Source of the DNA: Callorhinchus milii
Lineage: Eukaryota
Direction of reading: 5' to 3'
Assembly: GCF_018977255.1 (NCBI RefSeq)
Contig: NW_024704742.1
Location: 99,264,001-99,328,000, forward strand
Length of the DNA stretch: 64,000 bases
Position 1 is the first letter of the stretch. Each line of letters starts with the position of its first letter. This document shows, one piece after another, positions 1-11,560 of the stretch. Below the pieces are notes generated by a model, which was not told the DNA's origin, ran no database searches, and worked only from the letters and a program-made list of their open reading frames with translations. The position numbers and the translations under genes were made by a program.

Positions 1-445
1 TGTTCAAAGGAGGGGAAGGTTCCGGAGGAGTAAGGGGAAATGCCAAAGGGGGACCGGGAGATGAGAGCCACACCACGGCCATGGCGATTAGGCCTTGGGG
101 TTTGGTGAAAGATGTAACCTGGAGGTGTGGCCTCAACTAGTGGGAAGGTGTCGCCTGGGGTGACCCAGGTTTCGGTGAGGGCGAGGATGTCGATATTTTC
201 CTCGACGGTGAGGTCATGGATTGTGAGGGACTTGTTGATTAATGAGCGGACATTCTGCAGACCGATGCGGAGTCAGGGCAGGCGGAGGGAGAGGAGGGTT
301 GAGCGGGAGTAGTGGAGGGAAGGAGACAGGGGTCGGGAACATCTTGGGGAAACAGCTCGGGTCAATCGCGGCAGCCAAGGTGCGCACGCTAAGACTCGGA
401 GAGGACAGGAGTGTTCAGAGAGCCGTGGTTTGCCCACTGGGCTGG
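1..445 (-). mobile_element. L2 LINE, 5' part of ORF2 (APE endonuclease N-terminus); element continues left out of the window
   Basis: Reverse strand reads LRIGLQNVRSLINKSLTIHDLTVEENIDILALTETWVT...PPGYIFHQTPRPNRHGRGVALI, carrying the NxRS and LTETW endonuclease motifs. GC-rich with CpGs retained. Confidence 0.85.
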
Positions 446-470
446 TGAGGCTCAGTGAGGAGATGGGAGC

Positions 471-651
471 AGCTGACATGGATAATGCCTCAATCACCAA
501 CCATGGCATTGCAAACTCACAACTAGCAGAAATAAGTTCTCTCTCTGTTATTTATTAAACCCCTCACAACTTTAGAAACCGTGCGACCGCAAATATACAG
601 TCACTGCACTTTACAGTATATTCTGCGAAGGGCTTTGAGACAGCCTCAAAT
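471..651 (+). repeat. Local direct duplication, copy 1 (181 bp)
   Basis: Matches 1168-1348 with about 12 substitutions by eye. Confidence 0.95.
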
Positions 652-1027
652 TAATCTTATTAATAAAGAATAATCATGGAATTTGATTTTGAGACTGATC
701 CAAATTTCGAACAGCCCGGTTTAAGCATTCCGGGACACTACATCACGTGAAGAGTTCTATATAAATGCAAGTTGTTGTTGTTGTCTGTGCAAAGAAAGAA
801 AATCCTTGATTTAACTGTCTGATGGCATGTTTAGCCTGTGCCTCCGGAGGCAGTGAGATTTTGGCTAAAGTCTGTTCCACGTTGGTTTCTATTAAAGTTA
901 AAAGTAACGTTTAAGTGGAAGCATTAGATTCAATTAAAATCTTTTATTTATAGGCTTTTGGCTGTATACAGATTTTGTGATTCAATCTGCTCCAGTCCTT
1001 TTAAGATTTGATGCCTTAGAATGAGCA

Positions 1028-1360
1028 TTAGAACCATGCAAAACTTACAGCACAGAAGTAGGCCATTTGGCTCATCATACCTGTATTGGTTTAGTCCCAT
1101 TCTACTGTCTTTTCTTATATCCTTCTATATTTCTCCATTTCAGATATTTACCCAATTGACTCTTAAAAGCTGACATGGATAATGCCTCAATCACCAACCA
1201 TGGCATTGCCAACTCACAACTAGCAGAAACAATTTCTCTCTCTGTTATTTATTAAACTCCTCACAACTTTAAAAACCATGAGACCGCAAAAATACAGTCA
1301 CTGGACTTTACAGCATATTCTGTGAAGCGCTTTGAGACAGCCTCAAATGTAATTATTATT
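1028..1360. mobile_element. CR1 3' fragment (minus) joined to a SINE 3' tail (plus); contains duplication copy 2 (1168-1348)
   Basis: ttacagcacagaagtaggccatt is the reverse complement of a CR1 3' end; tgtgaagcgctttgagaca is the SINE tail. Confidence 0.7.
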
Positions 1361-1404
1361 ATTATGATTAACGTGTTCTCACCTTTCTCCGTTCTAGGAA
1401 AAAA

Positions 1405-2180
1405 TAACAACAAATTACATTTGTATTGCGCCTTTCATATCAGGAGGACAACCCAAGGCACCAGACAGTCAGAAATTTGCACATGAGCTGGTGATTCGAA
1501 TTCAAGATCCTCATCCTCACCTACAAGGCCATTCACGGCCTTGCTCCCTCCTACCTCTCTGACCTACTATCCCCCTACTTACCTGCCCGTACCCTCCGTT
1601 CCTCTGGCTCCGGTCTGCTCCACATCCCCCGCCCCAACCGCCATACCATCGGTGGCCGGGCCTTCAGCCTCTCAGCCCCGAGGCTCTGGAACTCTATCCC
1701 CCAGTGCCTTCGCCGCCTCCTCCCTTTCCTCCTTCAAAGCCGGTCTCAAGACCTTTCTCTTTGACCGAGCCTTCAGCTCCCCTCTCGACTCTCTACCCCC
1801 TCCTTGCTCCCTCCCTTCCCTCCCCTCACCCTGACCATTTCCCCCCTGCTCGGGTCCTGACCCAACTGTACAGTGCCTTGGGACGTCCTCCCGACGTGAA
1901 AGGCACTGTATAAATGGAATCTTGTTGTTGTTGTTGTTTATTGGGATCAGGGGTGGAGGATGGGGTTGGTGGGGAGGGTAGGGGTAGGAGGGTGACCAAG
2001 ATCCTCGCGTGAAGGGCTCTATATAATTCTGAAGATCGTCTCAAGATCCTCCTCTTCACGGTCGAAGAGGAGGATCTTGAGACAGGTCTTGAAAGAGGCA
2101 AGGGAGGGGATGAGGTGGAGCGACTGTGGGATGGAGTTCCAAAGGATGGTGGCAGAGAGTCTGAAGGCTCGTGGTGGATG
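1405..2180 (-). mobile_element. Older L2 3' end (minus), split by a younger plus-strand L2
   Basis: aacaacaaattacatttgtattgcgcctttca tail near 1407-1440; the L2 3' region resumes after 1940. Confidence 0.7.
1494..1937 (+). mobile_element. Young 5'-truncated L2 LINE 3' end
   Basis: EFKILILTYKAIHGLAPSYLSDLL...GRAFSLSAPRLWNS ORF2 C-terminus and (TTG)n tail; near-identical to 22400-22837 and 49862-50224. Confidence 0.92.
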
Positions 2181-2878
2181 GATTAATGCTGACATGGACT
2201 ACAAGAAATTGTGACATGCTGTACAATTTTGCTTTGCGTCTCTATAACTGGATTTAAGAGCTGAGGAATGTGTGTATTTACCAATCATGGTCAAGCAGCT
2301 TTCAGGGTGTCAGGAATCGTTCAAGTTACTTTAATGCAAAGCGCCAACTATCAATTGGTTTGCTGAAGAAGATATCCTTTTTAGGAGAATTGATCACAGG
2401 TCAAACTGTTCAAATAGTAATTCAACTGCCAGCAACAAATAAAAAGCAACATTACTTTTTATGTTGCTGAAATTGCCTCAAAACCCCAGATAAATGGGAA
2501 GAATAATTATTGTCATTCAATATCTCTAGCTTGGCGTGGCGGGGGAGAGAGCAGACAGAGAATATAGGCTTGAGTAATTAAGAGCAGTGCTAGCAGCAGG
2601 TTTCGTTGCCCTCCTGCGCATTAACCTAATGGAATAACTTCTGGCCTGAACCTACCTTGCTCCTGTGATAACAGATCACCACAGAGCCAGCAGGAATTGC
2701 AGGTGTAATCCTAAACTTGACTTTAATACATTTTGAATCGAAGAAATGCTGACGGTTAAAATGGTAATAGGGGTGATGTGTACTTAACTCCCGCTAGTCT
2801 TGGAGCTAATACAATTTTACCACATTTTGGAATTAGAGTTCAGAAAATTGACCTCAAATAGAATCACATGTTACATTT

Positions 2879-3243
2879 GGAGTCCTGTAGCTTAGTGGTT
2901 AGAGCACTCGCCTCGCAAACAAGAGGACCTGGGTTTGATTCCCAGGCAAGGTAAAACGTTGGGCAAGTTTCCTTACTCCATATGCCTCTGTTTACCTAGC
3001 AGTAAGTAGGAATACGGATGTTAGTTGACTGGCAGATTACTTTTCCAGGAGTAATAATCCCTTTTTAAAAAAAATAATAATTTGGACACTCAGTCCACGA
3101 CTTTCTGTGAGACACTGCTGTGTGCAATTGGCTGCAATTCACAACAGTCAATTCACTGTACGGTATATTTTGTGAAGCGCTTTGAGACATCTCGAAGACA
3201 TGATAAGGCGCTATATCAAATGCAAGGATTATTATTATTATAA
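2879..3243 (+). mobile_element. Full-length tRNA-derived SINE (Meta-like central domain, Deu/L2-type tail)
   Basis: A box tagcttagtgg, B box ggtttgattccc, central gcctctgtttacctagcagtaagtagg, tail gataaggcgctatatcaaatgcaagg(att)n. Confidence 0.88.
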
Positions 3244-3335
3244 ATATCAACACATTCACTAGCTGACCTGAGATCAGAAATATGTCTAATAATTCTAGCC
3301 TTTTGGAAGATTTGGATTTGATATTATAACATTGA

Positions 3336-3562
3336 AACAACAACAACACTTTACATTTATGTAAAGCACCCTTTACATATAGCAACATCTATCAGTGCTT
3401 TACATTGATGGTGATGGACACTTTGGGTGGGGGTGGGGGGCATGGGGGTGAGGAAGGAGTTAGATCCAAAGGCACGGTTGAAGAGTTAAGGTTTTAGGTA
3501 GATTTTGAAGTTGGATAGTGAGGGGCGGATTACGGGATGTTCATGAGGGAGTTCCAGGGGTA
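3336..3562 (-). mobile_element. Old L2 3' end
   Basis: (caa)n tail followed by aaaggcacggttgaagag...gagttccag, the reverse complement of the L2 ORF2 end. Confidence 0.65.
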
Positions 3563-4022
3563 TTTGAAGATTAATAGTCAGATTACTGTTTTGGGGATTA
3601 CCTTTCATAAAATCTTGCTACTTATTAAAAATTAACAAAATTGCATTTACATTCACCAATAAAACACTGACGTACTCGTGACAGAGAAAGCACAAGATCA
3701 CAGAGAGATAGCAGCACCATACAAACGTCACAGGAGAGTCTAGGAATAGGTAACAAAATGTACACTGTGTGTCATCAAAATATTGCCAAACGAGTACAAC
3801 GTGGGTTGCCGGAACAACTTTAAAAAACATGAAAAAAGGTTCCCAATCACCATAACCCTCATGTGTTTGCTTGACACTGTTCTGAAAACAAGCATTGTAC
3901 AATTGCTGTTTGTTTGGGAATACTAAACACTGCCAAATATTGTGTGGGACAAGGTCACTTGGAAAAGGTACAGAATTAATTTACAGTATTTCAGAAGCAC
4001 AATTTGTTTTTGCTAAATACTG

Positions 4023-4404
4023 TAATAATAATAATAATATTTGCATTTTGATATAGCGCCTTATCACATTGTTGAGATTTCTCAAAGCGCTTCACAAAAT
4101 GTTAGTGTGAGGTGGTAACTGTGCATTTCTAGGTGAACAAGAGAGCCAATTTGTGCACAGCAACATCCCCCAAACAGCCATGAAGTGAATGACCAATTTT
4201 ACCTTTTTAAATAGTGCCCTGGGACCGTAATCCACCTGAACAGGCAGTTTTACATTTTATCTAAAGGACAGCACCTGTGCAGCACATTCCCAGAACTGCT
4301 TTTGAGTGTCAATCTAGACTGTGAGCTCAATGTCCCGATGTGGGCTTGAACTTACAACCTTCTAGTTTTGAGCTGAGAGTGCTACCAACTGAACTAGGCT
4401 GACA
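4023..4404 (-). mobile_element. Full-length DeuSINE-type SINE
   Basis: (aat)n tail, ccaatttgtgcacagc, atccacctgaacaggcag Deu-like core and tRNA head (ggcttgaac...gctaccaactga). Confidence 0.82.
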
Positions 4405-4444
4405 CTTTATATATTAGTCTTTGGAGAACCTGATGGGGGAAGAG

Positions 4445-4775
4445 TAGCAGAGCAGACTTTTGGGGACCTTATAGAAGTATGTAAAATATTAAAAGGGATT
4501 GAGAAAGTAAACCCAGAACAATACTTTCAAATGCACAGAGGTAGCAGAACAAGAGGGCGCAGATTTAAAGTTGCAAAGAACAATGTCAACAAACACCGGA
4601 ATATATTTCTTTACCCATGGGGTAATTAAAGAACAGGTTACTAGGAAGAGTGCTTGAGTAAAGAACATTGGATTTATTTAAGAGGCAGCTTTTATGCTGT
4701 TGTAGATGGATTTTGGGGTGGGCATTCTGGAAGGAATGGGCCAAAGGGCTTTTTTGATCCGAACCATTTTTTTGA
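4445..4775 (+). mobile_element. CR1 3' fragment
   Basis: GDLIEVCKILKGIEKVNPEQYF...SRTRGRRFKV, a typical CR1 ORF2 C-terminus. Confidence 0.8.
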
Positions 4776-6094
4776 GCTTGTCAGTAAGAAGAGGCCTGAG
4801 AAATATTACCTGGAGGAAGAGCAGACGAAGAGTAAACCTACAAAACAGCTAGTCAGGTGAGCAAGTTATACGATTTTTACTGTCAGCAAATTAAAATTTG
4901 TGAATCACATTTTGTGACAATATTTTTGATGCTGGAAAAAAAATCAGTATCTCTGACCATTATGTGCCCACTCAACCAAACCCTATTCTGACCTCTCACA
5001 CCCCTTTCTCTTCTTGTATAGGTCTCACTGGGAAATGTATGTCCTTCAGTCACATGGATGGATGGTCATGTCCCAGTCACGATTCTTCCTCTTTAGCTGC
5101 ACAGATTTCCTCCTGTCCCCAAGACATTTGAGTCCTTCAGTTTTTCTTTTTATCTTGACCTCCTAAATATTGGGGGGATTTTACTCTAATTTATTTCCTT
5201 TAATTTATGTAGCATGTCAGGATGATCGGAATTTGGCAGATTCTTAAATACAGCCTTAATGTTGAAGCCTGTAAGTTTCTTTTAAGAATGACAGAAAAAA
5301 GGCTTTTATATTTACTGCTAGGTAAAGTTCAGACTGAATTCAAATAAATGATCATTGAGCAAACTTAAAATTCTGAATATTCTTTATATTTGATTTGTTG
5401 TGATGGAAAGTACCCTCTTTGCTCGGGCTCTCGCTCAAAGCCCTCCAAATGCAGGTTTCTCCAGAATTACACTTGGCAAGTATTGGCCGCATTGTGACAT
5501 CTAGGGTTCTTAAAGTGTTTCTTATAAGAGGAATATCTTTTATGTGATTTGCCCTTGGATGGAGTCATAAGAAAATAAAAAAGCATGGAAGAAATGCAAC
5601 ACATAGTAGGATTAGGTGTAACAAGGATTTTACACCCAATCCAATTCTCATTGTTACACCATTTACAATATGTAACCTGAGATAAAAATAATAAACATTG
5701 CGTTTCTAAGGGACAATACACAATAATCCCTTTAAAGGATTATTTCATTAAAAAACTGACAAAATTCCCTTGAATATTGTGAAATAAAATATAAAATAAA
5801 ATGTACTCTTTGTTTAAACGTCTAGTTTATAGCTCGAGATTCAGCCTCCCATTTCACTTCCATTTGTTTTTGCTATGTCTATGGGGTCAATTTTGCAGTG
5901 TTTCTTAGTAGGATTTCTTAATTAAGAAAGGATGTTCAAGTTAAACCATTTCCTATCACTCTCTCAGGAATGCACATTGCTTCCAAACCACGCTGAGAGT
6001 TCCATTCAAGCACACTGTAAATGGGTAACAGACGTTTAGAAGGAAAGATGTTAATAAATTAAGATAACTTAAACAGTCATGGATTTTTTGGAGG

Positions 6095-6495
6095 GATTGT
6101 TACCCCTGGAAAGCCATCCACAAATCGACGAACAATCGGGTTTCTATTTACTGCTCAGGTAAATAGAGGCGTGTGGCATAAGGAAACGTGCCTCAGGTTT
6201 TGTCCTGCCTGTGAATGGAACTTAGGTCCTCTTGCTTGCGAGGCGAGCACGCTAACCAACAATAACTTGCACTTATATAGTGCCATCCACGCAGGGTAGC
6301 GTCTCAGAGCGCTTGAGCCAAGATGCCATGGGCCTCCAATTGATCAACTTTATTTTGGAGATTGTTGGTCATGGGACTGGCAGAAACTCCTTTCTCTTTT
6401 TGAATAGTGCCATGGGATCTTTGACATCTATCTGAACCAAGACATTAAACCGGGCTCCCCCCACCCCCAACCCACCACTGAACTGGAGTGTCAGC
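6095..6495 (-). mobile_element. Cluster of minus-strand fragments: Meta-type SINE head, L2-type tail, Deu core
   Basis: Reverse complements of the SINE modules at 2879-3243; aacttgcacttatatagtgcc tail; atagtgccatgggatctttgacatc Deu core. Confidence 0.7.
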
Positions 6496-9228
6496 ATGTA
6501 TGATAGGTACTTCTCCACTTTCAACTTTGCAACCCACTGGTCAATTCACAGAATTGTAAATATTATCCCTTTAGTTATTGATCTATTTCCCTTAATATAT
6601 CCATTGTATGGAACCGACTTAGAGACTGGGTTAGTGGGGTTCTCCTGAGGCTGAACTGGTCCTTGAAAGACACCCTGACGAAGGTCTGCAATAATCAAAG
6701 ACACGTTTAGAGGTTGACCAGTCTGACTGGTTTATCCATGAGATTTCGAGGAGTAGATGTGTCCTAATCTTGCAAGACAAATCCTTATTGAATAAGCTGT
6801 CCTAGCCCAAGCTATGTGGTTTCCTTCTTTCATACAGTATATGAATTTGAATGACCTAGTTACATAGTTCTGGTACAGGAACAAAGGGAATCACACCATT
6901 TACATATTATTTCATGCAAACATATTTCATGAATCTATGGTGGTGGCAAACGTAATAAGCTTCAGTTACACAGTTAAGTAGTTCATTCTTTTGCAAACAT
7001 TATCAAGCAAGCTAGAAATTCTCATAGAAGTTAAGAAAAAGTTGGTGAAGGATTAGGCTGTTCACTGAAATAATACCGAATGGAATCTGAAGCTGGTAAT
7101 TTTTACAGGATTTTTTTAAAAGGATTCTGAGTCAGAAATGAGGAAGTCGTGCCAAACCATATTCTGATACAATCTAAATCTGGTCGCAATTAATAACATC
7201 AAATCTGCAATCAAGGTCAGTTGTTTTTACTTTTGGGACATATCTTTCCCAAGTAAAAGCCTCTAAAAAACTCCACCAGAAATTCAGAGGCTTGAAATTC
7301 TACCTAATCCTGATCTGTAAGATGATCATCTTTGATTCTGAATTTGTAATGTAAAATTCCAACTCCAAATAAATAATGAATGAATACAGAAAGAAAGAAT
7401 GGGACATAATCAGAAATTTTCAATAGACAAAGCAGATCCTTAGTCTATTACCAATAGCTGTGTTTTCTTTTGGTTACAAGGAAGCTTGTAAGATTGTATA
7501 GCACTGCTCAAAAATAGAAGGGAGTTTCTCCCGTATCCTAGTCAATAATCCTCCAAATAAAATAACAAATGTTCCTGAAGTTAATTATTTAATATATTGC
7601 AAGTCTATTAGTTAAAATATTAATAATGGAGTTTTAAAAATGCAATGAAAAATCCTAACCACATAAAAGTCACTAGCATTGATTAAAGTGGAATTAACTG
7701 ATTTTAAGGTTTATAAGTAATATTAGGAACAAAGATCCAGAGAAGGCTCTAATGTCTGATCATTTCATCTCTTTTCCCCATCTTTTCTCCACAACCCTTT
7801 ATACCCTTGTTTATCTCCTTTTTAAATATCTTCTGAGTCTTGTATCATTCCACATTGTCGCAACACTTTGTGTGACGATATGTTTTTCTGGTCTTACTTC
7901 TAAGTGGTTTAGCTCTGATGCTGATAAATCAGGGAAACGTATACACTTAAAACTCAACGTTGTTCAGCGAAATCTCTGCAGCACCAAAAAGACCATTTGT
8001 TTTCTCCAGTAACAACAGAGACATATTTTGTGTTACTAATGTTACTGATCTGCTCTTGCGGATCTGAAGGATTAATTTTGCACAGGGTGTAATGTTCCCA
8101 CTTTCCTGATGCTGCAGACGACTAAATCTTCCTTATCAAATATTAAGCACACTCATAAGCTGCTTGCATAAGGGAACGTAAACCAGACCAATATTAAATT
8201 CTGTGGTGTGCACTCAGTTTGTATTCAGGATAATAGGACATGGTTTACTGATCATTGTAAAGTTCTCAGCTGTATTTATAAAGAGATAATTAGAAAATAT
8301 ATAACACGGATTCATAATATGTCTGGATAAGATTATTTTTTTAATGAAGTATTATTAACCAGTGTTTTATATTGTGCTTTGTTTTCACAACTGATAAGGA
8401 GCCAACGAGCATGATGAGTTTAATTCTTTTAAATACAACAACAACTTGCACTTATATAGCGCCCTCCATGCAGGGTAGCATTTTAGAGAGCTTAATAGTG
8501 GCGGAGCCTGACTCCTGTATGTAGTTGGGTCAGAGGGCTTCATTTCTCTTTACTTCACATTACATTTTTGTAAAAGATATAAGAATTTGATTTTTTTAGG
8601 CAACACTGAGCTATTGATCTTTGAGTGACTGTTCTAGTTCCACTTAATAGTACATCTGCCTGTTCTTCAAATTATTATGACACTACTGAAAAAGCGAAAG
8701 GAGATTCTAATCCTAGTGAACTGGCTAATAACCCTACAAATTAATTGATGATTGATGTCATAGCTAAAATTAACGGGACCTTGCTGTGGGCAACAAGGCT
8801 GCCATGTTTGTCTACAAAAATGATTACTACACTTAACATTAATTATCATGAATTGCTTTGAGGTGTTTTAATGTGATTTGGCTATTTTAAAACAAAGCAA
8901 ATTCTTTCTCTCTACACTCTATTACTCCAAACCCCATGGAGGAAGACCAGTCACATTAATTGACAATTTAGTGCATGGCAGATATATCTTCTCTCCAAGG
9001 CTTCAGAGTCACACATGTGAACTACATAAACTCCTGCTGGCCACCATCTATAAACCAAACACTGAATGATACCTTTATTCCAATGTTTCTTTCAAACTTC
9101 TGATTTTTTCTAAAAAAAAGCACAATTCATTATTAATAAAAACGATATGAAATGAATGTATTATTTATTGGGAATTATTCGGTTTCAGCACTGCATAACC
9201 TCAGATTTCTACTCATTTCTGCCTTCAG

Positions 9229-9362
9229 TGTTGAACGTTAAATATGACTTTATTCAAATGACTTTGCCCAAAGCAGTTGCTGCAGTCATTGAGTCCGTCA
9301 GTGCCGCCTTTGAAGCTGCCACCATGCAGATCAGAGCATTTCTGAGTCAATTCACAGAATAG
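9229..9362 (+). CDS. Candidate terminal coding exon (unverified), (V)LNVKYDFIQMTLPKAVAAVIESVSAAFEAATMQIRAFLSQFTE*
   Basis: Pyrimidine-rich acceptor tttctactcatttctgccttcAG, open frame to TAG, AATAAA at 9372-9377. No homolog recognised. Confidence 0.25.
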
Positions 9363-9579
9363 AGGCTCAGCAATAAAGAAAATGCTATATTTGGACTTAT
9401 TATTCAGACACTGATGATCTGCAGCAGGATATTTATTGGGAGGCGGGGTGAGTTGGATTTCGTGGCTCGATTTTGCATCACGAAAATTATAATCTCTGAA
9501 GTAAACCAATATGACGGGGTAACAATAATTATCCTTTTATTTAATCAATTCCAATTATAATGAATTTTTAACACGTCCA

Positions 9580-10085
9580 AAGATCATTAATTTGCTAGTA
9601 ATGTGCAAAGGCATTTAATGTCCAAGGCAGATATCATCAAGGACACAAGTCTGAAAAGGTGAAGGTTTCAACATGATCAACCTTATCTTATTGGAGCAGA
9701 GCATTCAAGATAGCGACACAATGGAATGATTCCTTCATTATGCGCGTTGATAATTTCAGTGATAAACAGGCCTGAGAGAGACAACGCTGTAAGGCACATT
9801 AATATTACCTAATGAAGATGACAATCAGGTTAGTACACAATGTAATGTCATCTTAATTGAACTGCCTAAGCAACCATTGAAGCTGACAGATAGGTCCCCC
9901 GAAACAACCAGAATGATAACAAAACCTATCAGACCGGCTTGATTTAAGAGCAAGCAATCTGAATAAATAAAAACTCATTAAAAGCGATACCATTGATAAT
10001 GACCCTGCTGGGTAACAAATCTGAACAGATTAAATTACATTATTAGATATATCCAACAGGTACTTTAAAAACCATTAAAAAATAA
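9580..10085. promoter_or_regulatory. Candidate conserved non-coding element / developmental enhancer
   Basis: TE-free, complex AT-rich block dense in TAAT/ATTA, GATAA/GATAG, TGACAG and TGATTTA motifs. Conservation not testable here. Confidence 0.45.
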
Positions 10086-11383
10086 AAGGGGACTAATGCA
10101 CTCCAAGACTCTGCCTGTGTGAAGACAACGATATAAATGCAAGTTGTTTTCAACTAAATTTATCAGATTACATCTGTGTTAACGCTCATCCATTAAAGTC
10201 AACAGGAAATTAAAATAACTTCCTCTTTTGTTGGTTTAATAAGCCATTGTGCTCTCTATGTAGGTGTGCTTTATGTCAATCACTGGTGGCAAATATTTCA
10301 CGTTGCTCAATACCTATATTTTTCTCCCCATCATTATCCACAAAGTAGCCTTCAAAATAACTTTAAAGGAAAGCTTCAATACAGTAATAATATAATGAGG
10401 GAGTGGAGCAGTGGGAGGGACTTCCACAAAACGGATGTCAAGGGGAATTTTAGGACACAGACCATTTTTTTTTTGGAGCAGTTGGAATGGGCTGCCAGGC
10501 AAGGTGCCAGCATGGATTTTCGGGAAGCACAAGATCAAATGGATAAAGAGCCTTCATCTGAATCTCTTGTAATCTTGTTTCCATCCTCTCCCCTCCTCTT
10601 CCCCTCCACCCACCCACATAGTCTTTCTTTCAGTACCTTAGTTTAGATTAACTAACTCAGTACATGCCAGGGTTTGAACCCAGTACATTTTTTTTCTGTG
10701 TGACGTAGGAGCATCACACTGGGCCCGTACCTTTACTCACTAAGGTGTCAGAGCCACAGGTCCTAACACAGCTGCAGCTTTAACAGTCCAGCCAGAGCAA
10801 AGCACTGCTGGAAAATGTGGTGATTTCATGGTTCAGAGAACTCTTGGAGACAACAAGCTGAACAGATGAAGGAAGCTGTGGTGGAGCAATCTAACAATCT
10901 CAAAGATGTATGGAAAACAAATCAAGCTCTCATTAGTCAACCAGTGGAAGGCGACACTTTCCTGACTGTTCTCGGGGTGGGGGGGAATAGCATCTTTCAT
11001 ATTGGCTTTTGTCATTCTTATAACAACTTACCTGGCACACATACATTTTAAAAACCTTCTGACATAACCACTTACATGCAACATAGGTTGCAGGTGCTGA
11101 GTACAAGAAAATCAACATCATGTAGGTGAAAGAATAATACTAACACAGGGACTCAAAGGGTTTGAAGCCTTATGTGATTGGAGTTATAGTCATAACAGGT
11201 TTAATTACCTTCCCCTCCTCTCCTGGGTATTGTTGCATACACACCAACCACTCTACATTCTTTGGCCTAGTGGAGGATATATCTTACAATGATCCTTAAA
11301 TACTAATCTTTTCCTTACTCTTTTATAATGGGGGGATGGGGGAATAATCACAATTGAGCCTGGTACAAAATGCAGGAACCTGA

Positions 11384-11560
11384 AGGTCTGAAATTACACC
11401 TAATCACAGCCAGTAATGACAATTTTCATCCTAAAATTTAAGATGGTGCAGGATTGTGGAAAATTCATAAATTCATTCTTAATTTGGAAGCCGGTTCTTT
11501 CAAACTTGTCTTTCAAAGTTGAAACTCCACCAGGCTAAGTCTGGGTGGAATTTCATGCCT
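11384..11560. mobile_element. MITE, PIF/Harbinger-like
   Basis: TIRs aggtctgaaattacacc / gggtggaatttcatgcct flanked by a TGA direct repeat (11381-11383, 11561-11563). Confidence 0.65.

Noticed and set aside
2880..2950. tRNA-like sequence with A and B boxes
   Set aside because: It is the head of a SINE, followed directly by SINE body and tail; no proper acceptor stem.
4785..4856. 72-nt open segment between AG and GTGAGC (KKRPEKYYLEEEQTK...)
   Set aside because: The acceptor is weak and sits at a CR1 tail; no recognisable protein.
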